From positions 8,434,001 to 8,494,000 of the forward strand of contig CM119372.1 in NCBI GenBank assembly GCA_051294905.1: DNA of 60,000 nt. Direction: 5' to 3'. The notes under the pieces were generated by a model. That model was not told the DNA's origin. It made no database searches and worked only from the letters and a program-made list of their open reading frames with translations. The DNA is from Botryllus schlosseri (taxonomy: Eukaryota). Positions 58,483 through 60,000 of the stretch are shown piece after piece (within the stretch, counting starts at the first letter, position 1; each line of letters starts with the position of its first letter). The translations under genes and the position numbers were made by a program.

Positions 58483-60000
58483 GGCAAAGGCTGGCAATTC
58501 TTTTGTATAATAGAAGATCTTATAGTGTTAATTATGTTCAGATCATTTTTGAAAGAATACACCAGAATTACATTGATATTTTGTGTAAGGACCAATTGTT
58601 GTAGTTTACCAGTATTATTGGGAAACTGCATGTGCAGTGTGCATGCGCATTGTGCATGGATATTGCGCATCCACTTGATGGATTGCATTCATGTGATTGC
58701 AATAGGTGGACGCGACGAATTGCTACATCGAATAACTGCTTCGGGACCTTGGATAATCTAATTTTTTATTTTAATGTGCGAAGTGATTTATCGACTGTAT
58801 TTATCCAAAAGGTTGAATAGAGCAGAATATGTATTCGGATTCCAACCGCTTGCTAAGTTGTACTCGGATATTTCACTAATGATCGAATTTTATTTGTAAA
58901 ATGTCAATCCATGTATAGCTATCATAAACTTCGGATTCAATTGTTTGACATGAAATTCCTCGTCCTCCGTCTGCCAAAGCTACAAATTGGTATTTGCTGT
59001 TGGTGCTACAAATCGAATGACTTTTTACGACAGACATCTTCTCGATGCCGCAAAATCGTAGACCGTCTCTCTCGATTTTAAATCGAGACATAACGGTCGG
59101 TTTGACATAAGTTCTAATTTCTGAGAAGTAGTACAACAAAATGGCTTCACCCATTTCAACGCATTTGGACTTCGTCTGATTTCGGTGACGACTTTTATTC
59201 CTGAGGTTATTCCGATACATAGATTGAAATGTAGCACCCCAGTTCGGTATCTTTTTTTCTTATCTTGTAGATTCGAAATGTCACTGTTTCTTAATCATAT
59301 TTCTTCGTAAATATTCGCAACCCCTAAACATCAAAATGAGGGGATCAACTCAGAAAAGTTATAGTCATTCTGCTGTTGATTTCTGACCCAATCTTGCGTT
59401 GGGACGCTGTCTAGATTGTGACGTTACAACGGCACTGCGACGCAATCGAGTCTAGTCTAGTCAGTATCTGATACATAAATGAAAAGGATATATTTCCGAA
59501 TGACGGCTTGCGTATGGAGGGTCTCCAATTCCGATACGGTGTGACGAAATTTGTTATTCAATATGTTATGCAAACTAGAAGAAGCAATAATCCTAATCGT
59601 TGTCCAGTCTCGTGTCTTTGTCGGGTGATGGAAGCGGTGTCGAATTTCCCCAGATAAAAGAGCTTGAAAAAGTTACGCCAAGAAACCATGTCAAAACCCT
59701 CCCAATCGCCCCAAAATGCAGATTATCAAAGGCCGCTCGGTTACGACTTTTCGGGCCGATTCTCGTGCGCGAGATAATCAATGCTGTTCTGGCTCATTAA
59801 GAGAAACATCACTTTACTTAAAAGAAAAAGGAAAATTAGTATCTCAATCACTTTTTGTTAGGGATGGGCGAATAAGTAGATGCAAAAGCGACTGATGGAT
59901 CATTTTTGAAATTGATAAGTCGCGTTCCCACTAATTAATGGACGGAATAGACCTCTGTCAGATGCAGTTTCTAGCTAGGTCAATGCGATTATATACGTAG

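Noticed and set aside
58876..59800. ORFs of 62-114 aa near the window end
   Set aside because: No recognisable family and no frame-consistent splice link to the candidate exon at 56941

Overview
Eukaryotic, AT-rich, gene-dense animal DNA with short GT-AG introns. It is most consistent with an invertebrate deuterostome such as an ascidian (inference from gene style, TTAGGG-type repeats and MITE density). Six protein-coding genes can be built with frame-consistent exon chains. On + these are an intronless mitochondrial MCCC2-like carboxyltransferase, SLC38A9 (11 exons) and Homer (8 exons). On - they are PTCD1 (12 exons), an intronless LRRCC1 and a divergent cyclin A (4 exons). Introns and intergenic DNA are packed with non-autonomous DNA transposons: many hAT-type with intact 8-bp target-site duplications, Tc1/mariner-like foldbacks, and one element carrying a telomere-like array. 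A tRNA-derived SINE and a decayed hAT (Buster/Charlie) transposase are also present. No CRISPR, rRNA or bona fide tRNA gene was seen, and no clearly new biological system is demonstrated. The best leads are a candidate trans-spliced LRRCC1-PTCD1 operon, a carboxyltransferase whose biotin-side lobe has lost its canonical motifs, a telomere-repeat-carrying MITE, and old inverted repeats bracketing the intronless MCCC2-like gene. All alignments were done by eye.
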